Shown: positions 43,499 through 57,541, counted from the whole stretch's first letter. The stretch: 62,978 bases of DNA, filler included, from Reticulomyxa filosa (GCA_000512085.1; 14 parts of 14 records of this genome joined end to end with filler, not necessarily neighbours in it); one strand, 5' to 3'. Notes: generated by a model from the sequence alone, not told the origin. A program made the numbers and translations.

Positions 43499-44112
43499 AT
43501 GTCTAAAATTGGCCCAGATCACAGTAATTTTTCCTTTAAAAACGCCGCACAAAGCAAAATACAACACAAACACATGTATTTACATAGATCCTGCAACGCT
43601 CTCTAGGTGGATGTTGAAAGAGCAACAAAGATACCCCGAAGCTAGAGGCGATCTAACGTTGTTATTGAACTCCATTCAACTTGCGTGCAAGATCATTACC
43701 AACGCTGCAAAATGTGCAGGGATTTTCAACATGTACGGAGTAGCAGGAGGAAAGAATAAATCTGGAGATATTGTAAAGAAGTTGGATGTTTTTGCAAATG
43801 ATTCAATGGTCAATTCAATTTCGTTCACCGAAACAGTTATCAGCCCACTCTTTCTCTCTCCAAACTTTTTCCTTCTTCTTGTAGACACCATACTTTTATT
43901 CATTAAAAAAAAAAAAGGTACCAATAATGGCCAGTGAAGAAATGGAAACTGCAATCAAGGTGCCAAATTGTCCACGTCCAAAATACTGTGTCGTGTTCGA
44001 TCCTTTGGATGGTAGCTCAAATATTGAAGCAAATGTTGCAACAGGCACCATATTTGGTATTTATCGAATCAAAGATCCAAAACAACCGAAAGAGTCTGAT
44101 TTGTTGCAAAAA
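43499..44112 (+). CDS. FBP1: Fructose-1,6-bisphosphatase class I, 3' partial; introns ~43524-43587 and 43836-43917
   Basis: [54 protein letters not shown]. Confidence 0.95.
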
Positions 44113-44270
44113 GTTATTTTATGTGTACATGCATGACGTTTCTTTTAAATTTTAATTTTTTTTTTTTTTTNNNNNNNNNNNNNNNNNNNNNNNNNNNNNN
44201 NNNNNNNNNNNNNNTTAATTAATTAANNNNNNNNNNNNNNNNNNNNNNNNNNNNNNNNNNNNNNNNNNNN

Positions 44271-45593
44271 TTTTGGCTTCGGCTTCGCTTTTGGTGTCGT
44301 CTTCGCATTTGTCTTTGTTTTGGTCTTTGACTTTGGCTGAGGTTTGTCATTAGGCTGTGACTTTGATTCCAATTCAGGTTGAATGTTGGCTTCGGCTGTT
44401 GTTATGATCTTCGTCGCTGTTGCTGTTGTTGTTGTTGCTGTTGCAGTCTCTATTGATCCCTCCGGAATCGAGGATACATTGGATGACTTTGTCTGATTTG
44501 TCAAGTGTTGTTTGCTTTTTTTTTTCTTTTCTTTTCTTTTTTTGTTCAGTTGCTTTTGTGTTTTCCCCATTTTCATTTACTTTTTCTTTTTCTTTTTCTT
44601 TTTCTATTTGATTTTTGGACTCACTTTCTTCGGAAATTTCTGTACTTTTTTTTTCGGAAATTTCCGCGCTTTTTTCCGCGGCGTTTTTCTCGGTGACATG
44701 ACTCTGTCTCTTATTATGTTTAGGGGCTTTGGAGTAGATTCGGATAGGTATTTGACGAGGCTGAGACAGTGGGTGGTGGGGATACAATTGGCATCGCTTG
44801 TGGTCCGAAGTCGAGAAATATCCATGGTTGGCCATGTACAGCAATGAATTGCGTAAATACAATGCAGTGGGGTGGATTGTCAGACACGAGGGCTTGTCCA
44901 CTGCCAGCATTTTCTCGTTTTCGAAACACACGTTCAATTCGTACCCTTTGTGTTGTTGCAATTCCGAATAACACACGGTCGGTTCATGCCGATGTTCCCA
45001 TACTTCCATACGGTCCAACATTTGCAGTTTGTATGTCGGACCCACTGTCTTTCCATTTACTAACAGTCTTCCTTTTTTTTATAAATGTATGTGTATAATT
45101 GTATATGTATATAATTGTATATATGTATTATACGTATATGTTGTTCACACGTATACCACATCACAATATTGTCTCAATTGCAACACAATTATGTTTTGTT
45201 GTTTACGCACATAATTCAAACTTTCTTGACATGCTTTCAGGAATATCCTTTGCGGAATATGCGACAATTCCGATGCAAATACTTCTTCAATCGATTTATT
45301 CTCCCATCTTTTCTTTGTGTGCGTCTTTCGGTAAAACCAATAGGGTTTCACGTATTGCAAATTCTTTTCAAAATCCCACACATAGAAATCATCTTCTTCA
45401 TAGAATTTCGCATCTCTCAACAGTATTTGGCCTTCGGATAACATTTTTCCGTCTCCCTCGTCCATGTCAAATTCAATACCCCTTTTTTTTTTCTAACTGC
45501 TAACAGAACGCTTGAAAACCGCGTTGAAGGTTATGTGGAAAGTTTACGGGCTGTTAAATTTGTGACGGATATATGCAAATTTGTCGTGTCCAT
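44271..45593 (-). CDS. RluA-family (Pus9/RPUSD2-like) pseudouridine synthase, N-terminal part; 3' truncated, start approximate
   Basis: VKPYWFYRKTHTKKRW...EEVFASE; HRHEP; FENEKMLAVDKPSCLTIHPT..Y.RNSL. The catalytic HRLD motif is not seen before the contig break. Confidence 0.7.
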
Positions 45594-45834
45594 GAAAATA
45601 AATTTGAAGTAATTTGATGTTTTTGGTAATCTGCAAAAATTACTCCGTCCAGATAGCTAACATCAAATTAAAGTACTTTTTACCTTTTTTCAATTTCTTT
45701 AATGTCTTGCATAAAAAAAAATAAATTTCTTTTCATTGAATTTGAAAAATGTTTACAAATGATTGAGAGAATTGACAAATAGTAACCATAAAGCGTAGGA
45801 AAAAAAACAAAAGGTAATATAAAATAATCACTTG

Positions 45835-46658
45835 CTACTTGGTCACACGAAATTTTTTAACTTGTGCCAAGAGTTGCTTTGCGTTTTCATCGTTTTTGAA
45901 GTGTTGTCTGACTGGCTCCAAGAAAGAGTTAATAGCCTCAGCCAAACTACCTTTCAAATCCTGAGGATGCAGATTTCCAGCGACATAGTCTTGTTCTAGC
46001 TAAGAAAGAGTAAAAGCATCCATCCCCACCCCAACCAGTCAAACAATGAAAGAAGAGAGGGGAGGAGGGGGGAGAGGGGGGGGAAAAAAAAAGAAGAGAT
46101 AAACAAAAAGCGACCTGCTCATATGAGTGGTAAACGATATCGCCTCCGTTCTCCTTTTTTCTCTTAATAACAAAAGTATCTAATTTGCCAAAGACAATAT
46201 GTTTGACATAATCCAGACAAGGATTCTTCTCCACTTGTCCAGGAGGACAAAAGGCTTGTTTAATTTTAAGATTGACATCTCTGGGTTCATCTTCCATGAA
46301 GATGGCGCTATCGGGATCGGATTTGCTCATTTTCTCCTGCCCTTCTTTGAGTCCCATCAGCATGTGATGAGAGATAACAATCGGAGGCCTCCACTTTTGT
46401 TTGGCAGCATACTCTCGCGCCAACATATTGACCTTGCGTTGGTCCATGCCCAATTGGCAAATGTCCGCGCGTAAAAAAAAGATATCCGCGCACTGCATGC
46501 AAGCATACAACAAGTGTGCCGTTGGCATATCATCCGATTCGGTGCGTCCCATCACAGTGCAGCAGCGCTTTGTGCGCGTTACATTAAACTGCTTTGATAT
46601 GTCCATCACACGCAGCCAATAATCATTTGCATTTTCATTTATTTCTTGTGAACACCAC
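45835..46658 (-). CDS. YARS: Tyrosyl-tRNA synthetase (eukaryotic cytosolic/archaeal type), 5' partial
   Basis: YACMQCADIFFL, QLGMDQRKVNMLARE, KMSKSDP, KIKQAFCPP, LHPQDLK. Confidence 0.95.
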
Positions 46659-46825
46659 CTTTTATTTATTATTTATTTATTTTTATTATTAACACAAACA
46701 TACACATATATGTATATACATATATNNNNNNNNNNNNNNNNNNNNNNNNNNNNNNNNNNNNNNNNNNNNTTAATTAATTAANNNNNNNNNNNNNNNNNNN
46801 NNNNNNNNNNNNNNNNNNNNNNNNN

Positions 46826-49608
46826 GTTCAACCTAAGGGATATGTCTTCAAGTGCTGTGATATCATGCTTAAAGACACATTGTGACGAAACCGACTTGGC
46901 ATTGCTGTTCGAACATCGCAAGCTGTTGCAATATTTGATCCACAAATGGTCCGTGCTATTGGTTGGGCCCAGTCATTGCGGTAAAACGAACTGTATTCAT
47001 TGGTTGGCTGAAATTACAAAGCATCTTCTTTTTTGATTTTCAAGACATTATGGAAAATATTTCCAAGTAATCTTTTAGAATACATCCAAAGTTTTTCATA
47101 AACCCTTTAAATGATAAATTGTTGGAACGACTTTGGAGTTAGTGTCGGATTAAAGAATAGAAGCACGGGCTCAAAGAAATATTTTTTGTTTATTTGTTCA
47201 TATCATGTGTATTGATTACTTGCTCATACACTTTGGCGATATTTTCGATTTCACCTTCCAACTATTTGTTTGTGAATTGCTTTCTGTGTGAATTCAAGTT
47301 CGTTTGGTAGTGTTCAAAGCAGCATTTTTTAATTCTCTATTCAAATTTTGTGTTAGTGTGTATTTTTAAGACGTATACATATACTAGTATTTAAAAACAA
47401 AAAAAGACCCATTGGATTGCAGTCGCTTATTTCGGGATTTCATATCTTCATTCCAGCTCAAAAGCATAAAACCCAAATCATGCAATGCTTGCAAACATTG
47501 TTGAGATATCGATCCTGTGTCATTGATTAGCATTAAAATTGAACCCTTTTTTTTTCACAACAGATGCCGTATTAATATATGATATTGTGCACATTTGATA
47601 CTTTTTTTTTTAATTGAAAACAAATCTTCAATAAATTGAGCAAACCTGAGCCATCCTGATTGACCAAATAGAGGAACTCTTTGGACTGATGCCATTTTTT
47701 ACAGAGGTAAAACTCGTTCTATTCTTCACTCTCTTCAATACTGTTTCGCTTGCGCAAGTCCCCTCTCTCGTACAATCGACTGGAAAGGTCCGTGCTGATT
47801 GCAATGATCGATTTAGTGACTTCGTGTTTGAAATGCAGAGGCAATTGGCGACTTTACTCGTCTACATTTTGTAAAAAAACAGAGTCTGCCAAATGAGTAA
47901 ATTGCCCGAACAGATATTTGTAAAAAGCAGTTTGATGCAAGTGTGAAGTCTGTGTGATTTTCGGACAGTTACTTTGTATGACTTCAATCATTTCTGCATA
48001 TTGCAAATCAGTGATTGTTTTCATATCAGGATCTTTGTTCCTATTATATATTTATTTTGTTTATTTTTATATTTGTATAAACATTAATTTTTTTGCAAAC
48101 TGCAAATTTCCAGCAAAGAATTCTCCCTTGATGGCAAACTGTGCCTCTGGACTGAATACATATGGATTGGTTTCTTTGGACACTTTGACAAAGGAGAGAA
48201 AATCACGTGCAACACCTCTTTGTAATTGCTTTCACTTCCATTCAATGTGTAGGTCGTTTCAATTAAAAAGGCACAAATAAAGTTTTACTTGGAACATTGA
48301 AATCCTTTTTTTAGATCTAAAAAAAAATACATTAATTCAATCATCTTTCATTAGTTAAATCGAACTCGATGACGAGCATTGTGAACATTGGCAATGAGGT
48401 GTCAAAGCGAATTCCGTACTTGATGATTTGGGTCAACACTACGTTCCAAACGCACTTTGGCACTGGCAAGTCGTTTCAACAGCAGCTCATTATCGAGCAA
48501 GAAATAAATGAATTTGAGTGTATTTGCATTTTTTATTTTTTTATTTTTTATGTATCAATTTTGCATAGTCGCTCCTTACGTGTATGGGGAATGTGTCACT
48601 ATATTATGTATTTATCGTATACTTATGTACATAAGTAATGCTTTTTTTTTAAAAAAAAAATGAAACATGCATAAATAATAGGGACGTACCACGTGCACAA
48701 TCTCCTGGTCTTTATGCAGTTTCGATTGATGTTGTAAAGCTGTCGAATGTTCGCGTGACCGACTATCTGCTAATCCAACCTCCTCGAAAGCAGTTGAAAG
48801 ATGTCAGCATAAACGAAAGCAAAGTTCACCAACAAGGAAACAACGTGAATAACATTCGAACTTTTGCAAACTACGCTCAATTGAATTTTCAAATAAGCAA
48901 TCCCAATGGCAAGAGTGACACTTGTACCTCTATCATGGTGAAAGTGGTACCGATATTAAAGCAATTCCAAGTGTTTATCCAAAGTGTCCTCGACGCCGAC
49001 ACTTCTTCCCATTTCAACGACGTTACAACGCAGGGACAAATGTGTCTCCATTCCTTTCGATTGGACCATTTGGAAATGCATATATCAAAGCATTTGGTAT
49101 GTTTGAGATACATATATTCATATATGCATTTTTTTTTTTTAAAAAGCAATTGCATTGATAAACAGTGATTGGAGAGACAATCACCGAAGAAAGGCATGGT
49201 GCAAATGGCGCTCATCAACTTATCACTAATGAAAAAGGTTATTCAAGAGTTTATCGAGATCGCAAAGAGCGAGTCCATCGAGCAATTGTTTTTGGTGGCG
49301 TATACGTTGAACCATCTCGTGCGTGCCTGAATGCATGTTCAAGGAGTATCTCCTGCAAAGATGTGAGGACGAAAAAGCAGTCAGTGGAGCAGATGTAAGC
49401 ACGTTTCGATGCGTTGAAGGCGCAGCCGGCAATAAAGTTCTTGTTTCAGCAGCAGATGGTCAAGTATAATCCCTTTTTGAAGGACCTGCTGGCAATCGGA
49501 GACGTGGTGAATGGGCAATCCACATTATATATCCTGGACGATAGAAATTATGAAAACGATCACTAGACCTTGGATAAGGCCTTGCGATGCACGTGCATGG
49601 CACAAACC
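46826..49608 (+). pseudogene. Fragmented midasin (MDN1/Rea1)-like sequence: end of AAA5, AAA6 P-loop, linker
   Basis: FNLRDM at the contig start (midasin WEFNLRD motif) and HKWSVLLVGPSHCGKTNCIHWLAEI (AAA6-like Walker A). Downstream frames carry many stops and frameshifts. Confidence 0.5.
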
Positions 49609-50266
49609 NNNNNNNNNNNNNNNNNNNNNNNNNNNNNNNNNNNNNNNNNNNNTTAATTAATTAANNNNNNNNNNNNNNNNNNNNNNNNNNNNNNNNNNNN
49701 NNNNNNNNTCGCCAAAATATGGAAGAAGAGGAGATTGTGGGTGCAAAGATCGATAAGAGTAGCAAGATCAAGCGTATGTGTGTAGAAAAAAAAATCATGA
49801 TTAAAAAGAAAAAAAGTGAGAGCAAAGCAAACGTTTTAGAAAGGGTTAATTATGGTTCATATGCAATACTTACACACTTCATTGGTTCAGGCAATGTACT
49901 ACAATAGAGCCATAATGGCCAAATAAAACATACTTTTGTTCACACTTAATTCACAAGTAACGCTTTAAGGAAATCGTTTTTTTTGTTTTTTTTTTGACAA
50001 TAGAAACTTATTTCGGATGAATTTTTTTTTTAGTTTAATAATCTTTTTTGGTTTTATTTTTATTATTATTATTAATGCAAACCATAAAAATGTGTAAGAA
50101 ATTTGATTGGAAAAAAAAAGCTGCTTTAGATGAACAAGTTCCATTTTTAAAAAACTTTCGCTCTCGTCATTATCATTGTTATTCCTTTTCCTTTTCCTCC
50201 TCTTCTTCACTTTCATCATTACCATCATCATTATCATTATCACTACCATCATCTTCGTCATCCTCA

Positions 50267-50833
50267 TTATTTCATCTTCCGCCTCTTCAACGCGTGCATA
50301 TATTGCAATACGGTTGCAATAAAGGTAACCACGGTGGCGAGGATAACGAATTTGAAATAGACGACGACTGTCGAGTTGGCTGTTTGTAAGTCTTCACAGC
50401 CTGCTTCGGACGACACTGTCGGCGATTGTGTTGGCTTCGTTGTTATTCGGGTTGACTTTGGAAGTGGAGGTGTCATTGGCTCGGCTTTTGTGGTCCATTT
50501 TTCCTTTTTTTTAGTTTAATGTTTTGTTGTTTTTTTTTTTAATGAACTTGTTGTATTGCCACAAAAAATATCATACGACCCAGAGTAGGAAAGAGACACT
50601 CCTATTGCCACATTCTCATTTTCCACCTTTGATGTGTCGCGCCAATGGAAAATGTAAGAACGCCAGCCGAACACTAAGTCTATATTGTTCACGGTCACGT
50701 TCGCCTTCAACAAGGACGTGTATTTATTTTTTATTGTGCATTCTTTATGAGAGGCATTCATTAACGTATCCGTTGTTAGACTTGCTATTAAAAAACATAA
50801 TATTATTAGATTCAACACAAAAACCACCAACAT
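50267..50833 (-). CDS. Hypothetical membrane protein (two TM segments); 2 exons
   Basis: Hydrophobic N-terminal helix, a loop containing FGWRSY, and a second TM (FVILATVVTFIATVL); A-tract acceptor near 50503. Confidence 0.5.
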
Positions 50834-51028
50834 TTTTATGGTTTGGATATTTTGTACACTCCTTTTTTAAATGAAAGAATATAAGTTGAGTTTCTTTTTG
50901 TCACAATTTAGGCAGAAGTTTCAAATTCCCTTCAATTTCTGTCTTTTAAATACTTTTTCCAAAGAATTGCTGTTCTATCTCTGGTGGGGTTCCTCCAAAG
51001 GGTACTTTTAATTTAATAAAAAAAAAAA

Positions 51029-51967
51029 ATGCCTCGCTCAATAATATGGATATTGTTCACTCTTGTTGTTTTTTTAGTAACGAAACTCAATGGAATAGGG
51101 TATTTAGAAAGGCCTCATCCTCGTTCGTATAGCAATGTAGCATTAAGAAGCAAGTTGATCAACCATCCCCCGTGTGGAAGTGAGGAGTACAATGTAGCCC
51201 CGCACGGATATTGGAAATCAGACAAGGGAGTGGCAGCGGGGATGGAGATAGAAGAAGGAGATGTCTTGCAAGTATTGTTTCAGCCCATATTTTATTCTTG
51301 GAACACAACCTATCGATTTGTGTTATGTCAAAGCGGTAACAAAGGGATCAATTTGGAGAAATGTGTACCACTTTCGTCAGTTTTGGAAAAGGAGAGAAAA
51401 AAAAGGAGGGAAGACAAAAAAAAAAAAAAAAAAAAGAAGGAAAGGAGGTTTAATCACTCTGTTTTTTCGTTCCAATTATCACAAATTAAAAGAGAGTATC
51501 GGAAGAGTAGAAGCAATGGAAGAAAATATATATACATATACATATATATGTATACATATATATATCATTGATGGGATGAATTTAATCTGTTTGCTGATTT
51601 GTTTTGTAACTGTTCGGCCCTGAAAAGGTGAATGGACAATCGACATTTGAATTGAACTTGGACGAGTCGACATCTGCTTCGAAGTGGAATCCACACAACA
51701 GAAACAACAAACACGAGGACCCCGTCGAACATGAATTGCGAATCCCAAAGGGCATTCACAAGTTATGGGCCCAGCCTTTGGAATCCACCGTCGATCATGA
51801 TCATCACACGCTTCCAATGACGTTGATCTTTGAGTGGGTAGTATCACCTTTCCAAGTTATCCACAATTGTGCCGACTTATTAGTACTCCCAAACACATCC
51901 GCTTCCTCCGTTACTCCTTCCTCTTCATTTGTTACTTGGGAGGCATATACCTCATCGTTTAGTCTTT
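51029..51967 (+). CDS. Secreted LPMO-like (AA10/AA15-type fold) protein lacking histidine-brace residues, 3' partial
   Basis: Signal peptide ending LNG, then IGYLERPHPRS (LPMO HGYxxxPxxR); PPCG; YRFVLC; LRIPKG; LIFEW; QVIHNCADL (LPMO C-terminal xCAD motif); Ser/Thr linker follows. Confidence 0.6.
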
Positions 51968-52067
51968 NNNNNNNNNNNNNNNNNNNNNNNNNNNNNNNNN
52001 NNNNNNNNNNNTTAATTAATTAANNNNNNNNNNNNNNNNNNNNNNNNNNNNNNNNNNNNNNNNNNNN

Positions 52068-52104
<37 letters not shown>

Positions 52105-52110
52105 GAGACA

Positions 52111-54478
52111 CCTTGGTCAAGGCCTGCAAACACAGCAATGGCCTGGAATCCAATAAAATTTCAATCTCTGTGATGGGGTTTGCAAGGGTTAACCAATAAG
52201 CGCTAATTGCGTACTTGATACCGTACGATATGTTGTCTTCCATTTTTTTCTCGGCGTTTGTGACTTCATCCGACTTGCTTTCTTTTTCGTGGTTATTCGA
52301 AGAATAAGTCGACGCCATTTGAACCACACATTCTTTGATGCATTCACTGCATTCACTTTTTGCTTTGCGACTCACCAATACGTGCCACCAATGGCTAATC
52401 ACGGCCTGACGTACACTGACGTGTGTCTCGTCGCTTTGCAAGTGCTCAAACACAAGCTTGAACTCTTGAGGCGAGTGTGTAAACGGATACAGCAATAGGC
52501 TCACATGTTCCAAAAAGCGCTCTTCCGTCAGCGATCCTATGGACTTGGGATCTCGCAAGTGCAGTTTGTCCAGTATTGTCTTTATGTTCTCCGTTTTGTT
52601 GCTCTTTTTGCACCACATTGTCAACAAAACCTCTCCGGTTGTTTCCATTACCGTACGCCAAAGCTGTACAACAAAATAGAATTTGCAAATGAAATTTTTA
52701 TCGTAAATTAAAACTAGTAAAACAAAATAGATACGTATATACGTTTCTATTTTTTTTTTTAAATTAAATAAAAAAATTAATTAATTTTTAAATAAATAAA
52801 AAAATAAATAAAAACTAAACTGAAAGAAGCGAAACATGTGCACTGTTGGTTTGCACACTCAATTCAAGTATGGGCAGCACAAAGACAGTTAAAAAAACGC
52901 TCAAGTTTTCTTCCACTTTTTTGCCGTCCAACAAATGCTTAATAAGTTTGAGATAGTCGGACAATCTCGACAATGGGAAGTTGGAATCCAATGCGTTTTT
53001 GAACAAGACAACGACGTCTGGGAATGAAATGTCACAATGGCGTTTTTGATCGTTCATGTGATCCACAATGGTTACCAATGTATGCAGCGACAGATTATGC
53101 AAATTAGCGTCATTCTATTAAATTGCGTATTTTATTTTATTGCATTTCTTTTTTTAAAAAAAAAAATTAAAAAAAAAAAAAAAATGAAATTTTGTATTTA
53201 TTTGCGATCGGTCTCCAATTCCCTTTTTCCTCTCTGTTTTCTCTTCCAAAAAAGATCCAGACCTGTTTCAATAGTTTGGATAAGCTTTGAGTGATCCCAT
53301 CCCACAAATCAGTGAGCGCCTTGTCCGTGGTCGGCAGTGAGACAAACGTGGCAATGCATTCTTTGGCCAGTTCCACACCGCTCATGCGTGTCTTGCTATG
53401 CTTGAGAGCGAGGTCCACTACCTTCAAAATGGGGACTTGCACTTGTGTCGGTAGTTTTGAAGCGTGATCGGCTGAATGGGGCTGTTGCAAGGATCGAGCG
53501 AGACAGCGCGCACAGCTGTCGACTACTTCCCAAGGCTGGCTCTGCTGCTGCGCACAAGCGATGGCAACACTTCGAATCGTGCTTTGCGCGTTGGCATCTA
53601 CGCACACGAGTAGTGATTGCAACGCGTCAAAGCAGGCGACGATCAAAGGGGTGTGTGTCTTGTTGTCCTTGTGTCCAATGATGTCTTTCAGACGTTGCAC
53701 CCAAGGTTCCATTTCGGGTTGGTCTTTCTTCGCCCATATGCGAATGTGTTGGCAAATCCCGCTCAAAGCAACCAACCCCGCACTCACGGCTTTCACCCAT
53801 TTCTGGTCCTTTCGTTTGTTTATTTGTTCATCATGTGTTGGATTGAGATTTTATTGAACAAAGCAAATCCGTACACATATACATACCATATACATATACG
53901 TATATGTATATATAATGTGTATACGTATACACATTTTTTTTTATGTATATACGTGTAAAAACAAATTTACCGGTAATGAGCGGATCACTGTTTCAATGCA
54001 ACGACAGATGTTTGGGATGTAATTGGCGTGAACAATGGCCGAGACAGAGGAAGAGGAAGAGGAAGAGGAGGAGGAGGAGGAGGACGACGTCAAACTTGAA
54101 TGAATGGAAATAAAGTGTGTGTCCAGGAGCAAGCACAAGACGATGAAAAAGCGTAGGAAGGTATCGGGATGGTTGTACCTCGTAATGTCTTGCACGAACA
54201 ATTCGTTGGTGAGACATTGGTTGACATGCTGCCAGGACGAGTGATCGATGACGTAGTGTTGGTGACCCAAATACACGTGGTGCAGCAGCGTCTCCAGCGA
54301 TTGCAGAATATCAAGTTTGATTTTTATAATCCGCTCTGGCAAGCGACTTACCAACATGCACAGCAGCGCGTTGACACTTTCGTTCTTGACGCGTGCAAAC
54401 ATGTTTGGGTTGAAGTCGTTTTCAGTCTTGATGATGGTAGCAATCACTTGCAAAATGCTATATTTATACATTTTTTTA

Positions 54479-54509
<31 letters not shown>

Positions 54510-57160
54510 CTAACAAACAAATTAGGAAAAAAAATTCTAAAAAGGAACAAACATCCAAACGTATACCATTTGTTTGCAGCTCTCCTCACTTTCCACGACA
54601 TGTCGTCGTCATCATCCAACTCACCCGCATCCAAGTCCAGCAACTCGAGTTGATCTTTTTCGGTGGAAATGTGTGCCAATGGGGCGTGCTTCTGCTCGTA
54701 TTCGGCGGTGTCCATGTCTCCAAAGTCGTCATTGTCGTCGTCTTCATTGACATCGGCGGTGAAGCCATCATTGTCACCGTCTTGCTGTTCGTCTCCCCAG
54801 CCGTTGTCATCCTCATCTGCTCCCCAACCATCATCATCACCCTCATCCTCTTCTGCGCTCTCTCGCACTGACTTCTTGGCGTCACTCTTGTTCTTTTTCT
54901 TCTCTTTCTCCTCCTTCTCCTCTTCCTTTGTCACCATCTCCTTCTGCGTCGATACCCAGTTCGGATCGTAACACAGTCCCGATCGCAGCACCGGAAGCAT
55001 CGTCGGAAACGCACTCACCATGTGGCTATCGCCATTCCGCAGCAGGCTTTCCAATGTCTAATTACACGCCGGGCCTCTCAATCGTTGATATACATACACA
55101 CAGACACATGGCGGGACACAGTTTATTGGTTATGTACACTGCAAATAAACAAATAATAATAATAATAATAAAATAATAATAATCTTTTTTTCCCAAAAAA
55201 AAAAAAACCTGACCATAAAGGCGTATTCTCGAATTTCGACTTGTGATTCCAACCATTCTTGCGCTGTCATCGTCAACACGCTTTGAAATGCTTGCATCAA
55301 AATTGTTCGAGGAATCTTCCGACTACCCATTCTTAATTAGACACAATATTAAACAAAACAAACGAATGAACAGATTAGATTAACCAATACTTACAATTCA
55401 ATCCTTTCTCTTTGATAGGATTTACTCTTTTTGTTTTGTTTGAAATAAATAAAACACATATATATATATATATATATATTATATTTACATGTATATAATA
55501 CACACACACACACACAATCTCGAACCCGATCTTTTGTAAGACTTGCAAAAGGTCTTTCAAAGCAACAAACTCTTGATTTTCAAGACACTGTTGCATCGTT
55601 TCGAGCAGACAAGGACAATGGTCTCGAATTCCACGCCAGCCAAATACTCGGCCAGACATCCTAAACAGTCCACGGTCTTTTTGATTACTGCTTTGGAATG
55701 CAACACCTGTCGGGACATGTTTTTCTCGCTTTCGTTCAATTTGTCATCGGACTGCGCTGTTTTTGAGTCCGATGACGTGGCTTCATCGATATGCGACAGC
55801 AGCTTCATCAACACGTTGATCGTCTTTGCGAACAAGTACGACACATTTCCTCCGTGCTTTTCAAATATCGTGGTCATCACGTCTAATGCTGCCAGAGTTT
55901 GCTGGTGATACCTCTCCAGTGATATCGTCTGTTTCTCGCTATGTTTTTCAATCTTGCGTTGTTCCTGTTGTCATCCATTGTTGTGTTCCCGATATGTTCT
56001 TTAAAGTATTCCCCTCCATCTTTTTTTTTTTTTTTTAGAGAAAAAAAGAAAGAAAGAAAAATGAATGAATGAATGAAGAAAACAGACAAACAAAAAAAAA
56101 AATGTATAAATTTCGTCGCACCCAATCAAACACAAACATCACTCAGTCACACCCAATCAAAAAAAAAAAAACAAATACTTGAATGAATTGGATAAATGTA
56201 CGATGCATTTCAGTTTGCGTCGACCCAATCATTTCCAGCAAAAATGCAGCGGTCTTGTCAATTAATTGGAAAATTTTTTTCGTGATGACATTGGGATTTT
56301 CTGCCCAGTTCTTTTCTTCTTCGCTCTCTTTGCTTTTGTCTCTGTCCAAAGAGAGCTGTGTTATTGGCACTGCCGTTGTTGTTATAGCTGTTCCGTCGCC
56401 ACTGGCATCTTGTTGTTTTGTTGACATGTGTAATTATAAAGATAAACACATATACATATTATAATTTTTTTTTTTTTTTAAAAATTAAACTCTGAACATT
56501 GGAATGTTGGGCCGTTTGAATGGCCCCACACATGGCTTTGATACCATTAGTAACGATAGTAAGTGTGTCGCTTTCGTCTTCACCATTGGAGACTTGGGCG
56601 GAGTGTTGAGACAACCTCTTGCACAAATTTGTGGCCATTTGGAACACATACTCCGAATGAAATTGTCGGACAAGATAAGGCAATATTTGCATACACTTGT
56701 CTTTGATATCACCTCTTTCTTTATTGCCACTTATCATTTCATTGTACACACATTTCAATATTTGCATTTGCAATTTGTCATCCAATATCAACACATTCGT
56801 CAAATGAACACCACTCAAATCACCTCTTTTCCCGTACTTTCCAACGCTTCCATGCGACGGCGAACTGGTCATTGATCCTGGTGTCGTCTGTGCTGTCACT
56901 GCTGTGCTGCTACTGCTCTTCTTACTCCATTGCTCGTTCTTTCGCAGCTCTGACAACAAGTCGTCCAGTGCCTTGTCAGTGTGTGTGTTTCATTGTTTGT
57001 GCGGACTTTGCTTGCTCTTTCTACTTCAAAGGTGGCCCTTCCCTCCTCCTTATCCTACCATGTACTTAATGTCAGCATCTGCTGTTTTGAAAGATGAAAA
57101 TTATGTTGAATCACTACGAGAGACTTCTCACGGCTTTGCATTTCTTTTTAATTGTATGAT
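52111..57160 (-). CDS. CAND1: CAND1 (cullin-associated NEDD8-dissociated protein 1) homolog; multi-exon, 3' truncated, start approximate
   Basis: Spliced N-terminus KEMQS|PDADIKYM|ALDDLLSEL; LCYDPNW; acidic stretch; DDDDMSWKVRRAANK; HEAT-like helices. Confidence 0.85.
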
Positions 57161-57541
57161 TTATGACCACCTTTCTGAGTTTTTTTGCTGTTGTGTTTTT
57201 AACTTTATAAAAAAAAAAGAAGAGAATGATCTCGGAGTCAATTTGGTCAAATAGTGTCGGTGCGCTTAACTGTTTACAGCAATAATTGAAAATTTAAAAA
57301 TAGAACATAGTTTGGCAACTCATTAAAAGAAAAGATTTGATTTTACATCTTACTGAAATTTAATCATAAAAGTTTGGAAGAAAAAGTATAATCTTTTTTC
57401 AATTTTCTGTTTGTGGCTTTGGTGAACCAACCAAAATACAAACTCCAAACGCTGACCGAATTTAAAAAAAAAGCAACAAATAAACTAAAATTTGAGAAAT
57501 AACCCAGCCAGTTTTCTCAAAAAAAGAAAAAAAGGTTGGTT

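Noticed and set aside
46941-47000. Dynein heavy chain P-loop
   Set aside because: The upstream FNLRD and W-x-V-L-L-V-G-P-S context fit midasin better, though this is not decisive without a search.
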